Below, piece by piece: positions 61,752 through 64,000 of a stretch of 64,000 nucleotides of DNA. This DNA is from Welwitschia mirabilis (Eukaryota): the NCBI GenBank assembly GCA_051453625.1, contig JBOZIK010000001.1:19185681-19249680 (forward strand), in the 5' to 3' direction. The position numbers and the translations under genes were made by a program. Within the stretch, counting starts at the first letter, position 1. Every line of letters starts with the position of its first letter. The notes beneath the pieces are model-generated. The model was not told where the DNA came from. It worked only from the letters and a program-made list of their open reading frames with translations, and did not search any database.

Positions 61752-64000
61752 TTATAGATAAAGTGGAATTATTCTTTCCACTCTATCAAGGTTCCCTAGA
61801 AGATTTGGCACCAATTTATGATCATAGTACATTCTTGCTCTTTGCTCATTAACTTGGTAGGTTACCTTTTCATCAGTATCATATATTTCTATGGCTTTAT
61901 TTCCTAGAATTTTTGTTATGGTATAGGGTTCTAGCCAGTTTTGTTCATATTTTTGTTTGGTATAGATTTTCTTTGTCATATATTAATACATAATCTTCTA
62001 CATTAAAATTTGTTATCCTAATTTTGTTATTATAATATATTTTAATTTTATGTTATATAAGTTTTTTTACATAGAAGAGCTTTTTTTCTATTTTTATCTA
62101 AAACATTGTTGTTTTCTATCCATTCTTTTTAAGCTATATCTAAGTCACATTTTAATTTTTTGGCTAATTTAAATTTTTTAATACTAAATTCAATTACTAA
62201 ATTAGACATTTTTTCATAGACTAATTCATATGGAGTAAATCCTATGGTATGCTTGCAAGTTATTCTATAAGCCCATGGAGCTTCATTTAATTTATTAGCC
62301 CAATTGATTTTCTTACTATTTATGACTTTTTTTAAAATTCTATTTAGTTCTCTATTAGTTACTTCAACTTGGTCATTGGATTGAAGGTAATAGATAGTAG
62401 AGAGTTTGTGAGAGATTTCGAACTTGGTTAAAAGTTTCTCAAAAACTTCATAAGTGAAACGAGACCCTTTATCAAATATAGGACTTCAACGGGCTCCAAA
62501 CCCATAGGTAATATTTTTAAGGAAAAATTTAATTATGGTTTGGGAAGAATAAGTAGTTACAACATTAACTTCAACCCATTTAGTGAAGTAATCAAAACAA
62601 ACCAAAATATATCTTTTTCTAAAGGATGAGGTACTGATAGGTGCAATAAAATCTATTTTCCAAACATCAAAGGTTTAATTATCTAAATCTAATGTTGTGG
62701 CATTTCTAACTTTTGGCTAAAAGTGCCTTCTATTCAACATTTATCACAACCTTGGATATAAGCATTTGAATCCTTGAATATGGTGAGCCAGTAGTATCCT
62801 ATTTAGAAAATTTTGATTCCTGTTCTTTTTGCACTGTGAGTCTTCCTTCTTTTCCTTCATGAGCTTTCTTTAAGATTTCATTTTGTAAGTTTCCTTCTAT
62901 ACATCTTCTGATAACATGATATTTTCATTCTCTAAATAACATTTTATCATATTAAATTTAATCTCTAAATTTTCTTAACAATCTTTTTCTTCATAGTAAG
63001 TCATAAGAGATGGTAATCTTTTTCTCACAAGAAAGCTGGATATATCAGCATACCATGGATTTGTTATTACCTAAAAAAGATGTTCATCTGAAAATTCATT
63101 CCTTATGTTAATCTATTCTTCATCCGAAAATTCTAACCTTAATAAGTGATCTGCTATCACATTCTCTGTCCCTTTCCTATTAATAATTTTTTAATCAAAC
63201 TCTTGTATTAATATTATTCATCTCATAATTCTCAGGTTTGCTTCTTTCTTATTCATTAGAAATCTAATGGTACTATGGTCAGTATGAAGCTTTACTTTGT
63301 AACCTAAAATATAATGTCTAAATTTTTCTAATGCTATTATCACTGTCAACAACTCTTTCTCTATTACTGTATAATTTTGTTGAGTTAGTTTAAAGTTTTT
63401 ACTAATATAAGAAATGGCATAAGATTTATTGTCTTCATCTTTTTGACCCAAGAATACTCCCATAACATGACTAGATGTATTAGTCATAATGTGGAATGGT
63501 CTTTCCCATATTGGCCCTTGCAAAATAGGTACTGATAAAAGTTTATTTTTTAAGGTTTGGTAAGCATTTTGACATTCATCAGTTTAGTCATACTGCACAT
63601 CCTTTTGTAAGATGTTATTCAAAGGTTTAGCAATTTTACTAAAGTTGGATATGAATCTTCTATAATAGCCAACATGTCCTAAGAAAGATAAAAATTCTTT
63701 TATGTTGGTTAGGGGTGGGATATCTTTTATAGCTTTAATTTTCTGCTCATTAGTTTCAATCCCTTTTTAAGATATCTTTTATCCTAATACTATGCCTTCT
63801 GTCACTATAAGATGACTTTTTGACCAGCTGAGTCTAAGGCATTTTTCTTTGCATCTTTCTAAAGCTTTTTTTCAGTCTATTAAGTGACTCCTCAAAATCA
63901 TTTCTAAACATTAAGAAATCATCCATAAATACTTCAACTGATCTTCCTATCATCTTGAAAAATGCTATTTACTAATATTTGAAAAGTAGCTAGAGCATTA
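61752..64000 (-). pseudogene. pol: Decayed Athila-type pol (RT C-terminal half, RNase H, integrase)
   Basis: RT: VEVFMDDF and LSWSKSHLIVTEGIVLG. RNaseH: QQNYTVIEKELLTVIIALEKFRHYILG..HTDHS. Integrase: VCFDYFTKWVEV, YYLQSNDQVEVTNRELNRI and WLEPYTITK..YQVNEQRARMY. Confidence 0.93.

Larger units (their letters stand above)
53869..64000 (-). mobile_element. Element F: 3' part of an RT-RH-INT-bearing Athila-clade element; continues off the right edge
   Basis: pol 64000-61752, accessory region, PPT 54819-54832 and 3' LTR 53869-54818 (tgatggg...cctcatca). It interrupts copy 3 of the tandem repeat. Confidence 0.85.

Overview
AT-rich plant nuclear DNA with four N gaps, made up almost entirely of old, nested retrotransposons decayed by C>T/G>A transitions. 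I could not identify an intact host gene, rRNA, tRNA or CRISPR array. Left to right: (E0) the 5' part of an Athila-clade Ty3/gypsy element running off the left edge; a CpG-retaining island ending in a filler-DNA junction (~3.1-4.7 kb); a three-level nest in which a Ty1/copia element (C, 15914-20919) sits inside Athila-clade element B (9658-25927, 5-bp TSD), which sits inside related element A (4740-28100); a decayed L1 LINE; Athila-clade element D (31565-44097); copia and LINE fragments; a second CpG-retaining island; a short-repeat array; a probable solo LTR; a ~1.87-kb tandem repeat carrying a possible decayed orphan ORF; and the 3' part of an RT-RH-INT-bearing Athila element (F, 53869 to the right edge). 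The most interesting signals are: (1) a divergent two-ORF accessory cassette with a central motif array inside F; (2) a non-coding block conserved between elements D and F, whose LTRs show no visible similarity; (3) three elements that keep gag-protease plus an env-like ORF but lack RT/RNaseH/integrase; (4) the tandem orphan ORF. All protein assignments come from by-eye translation of pseudogenised sequence, and boundaries without a stated TSD or terminal motif are approximate.
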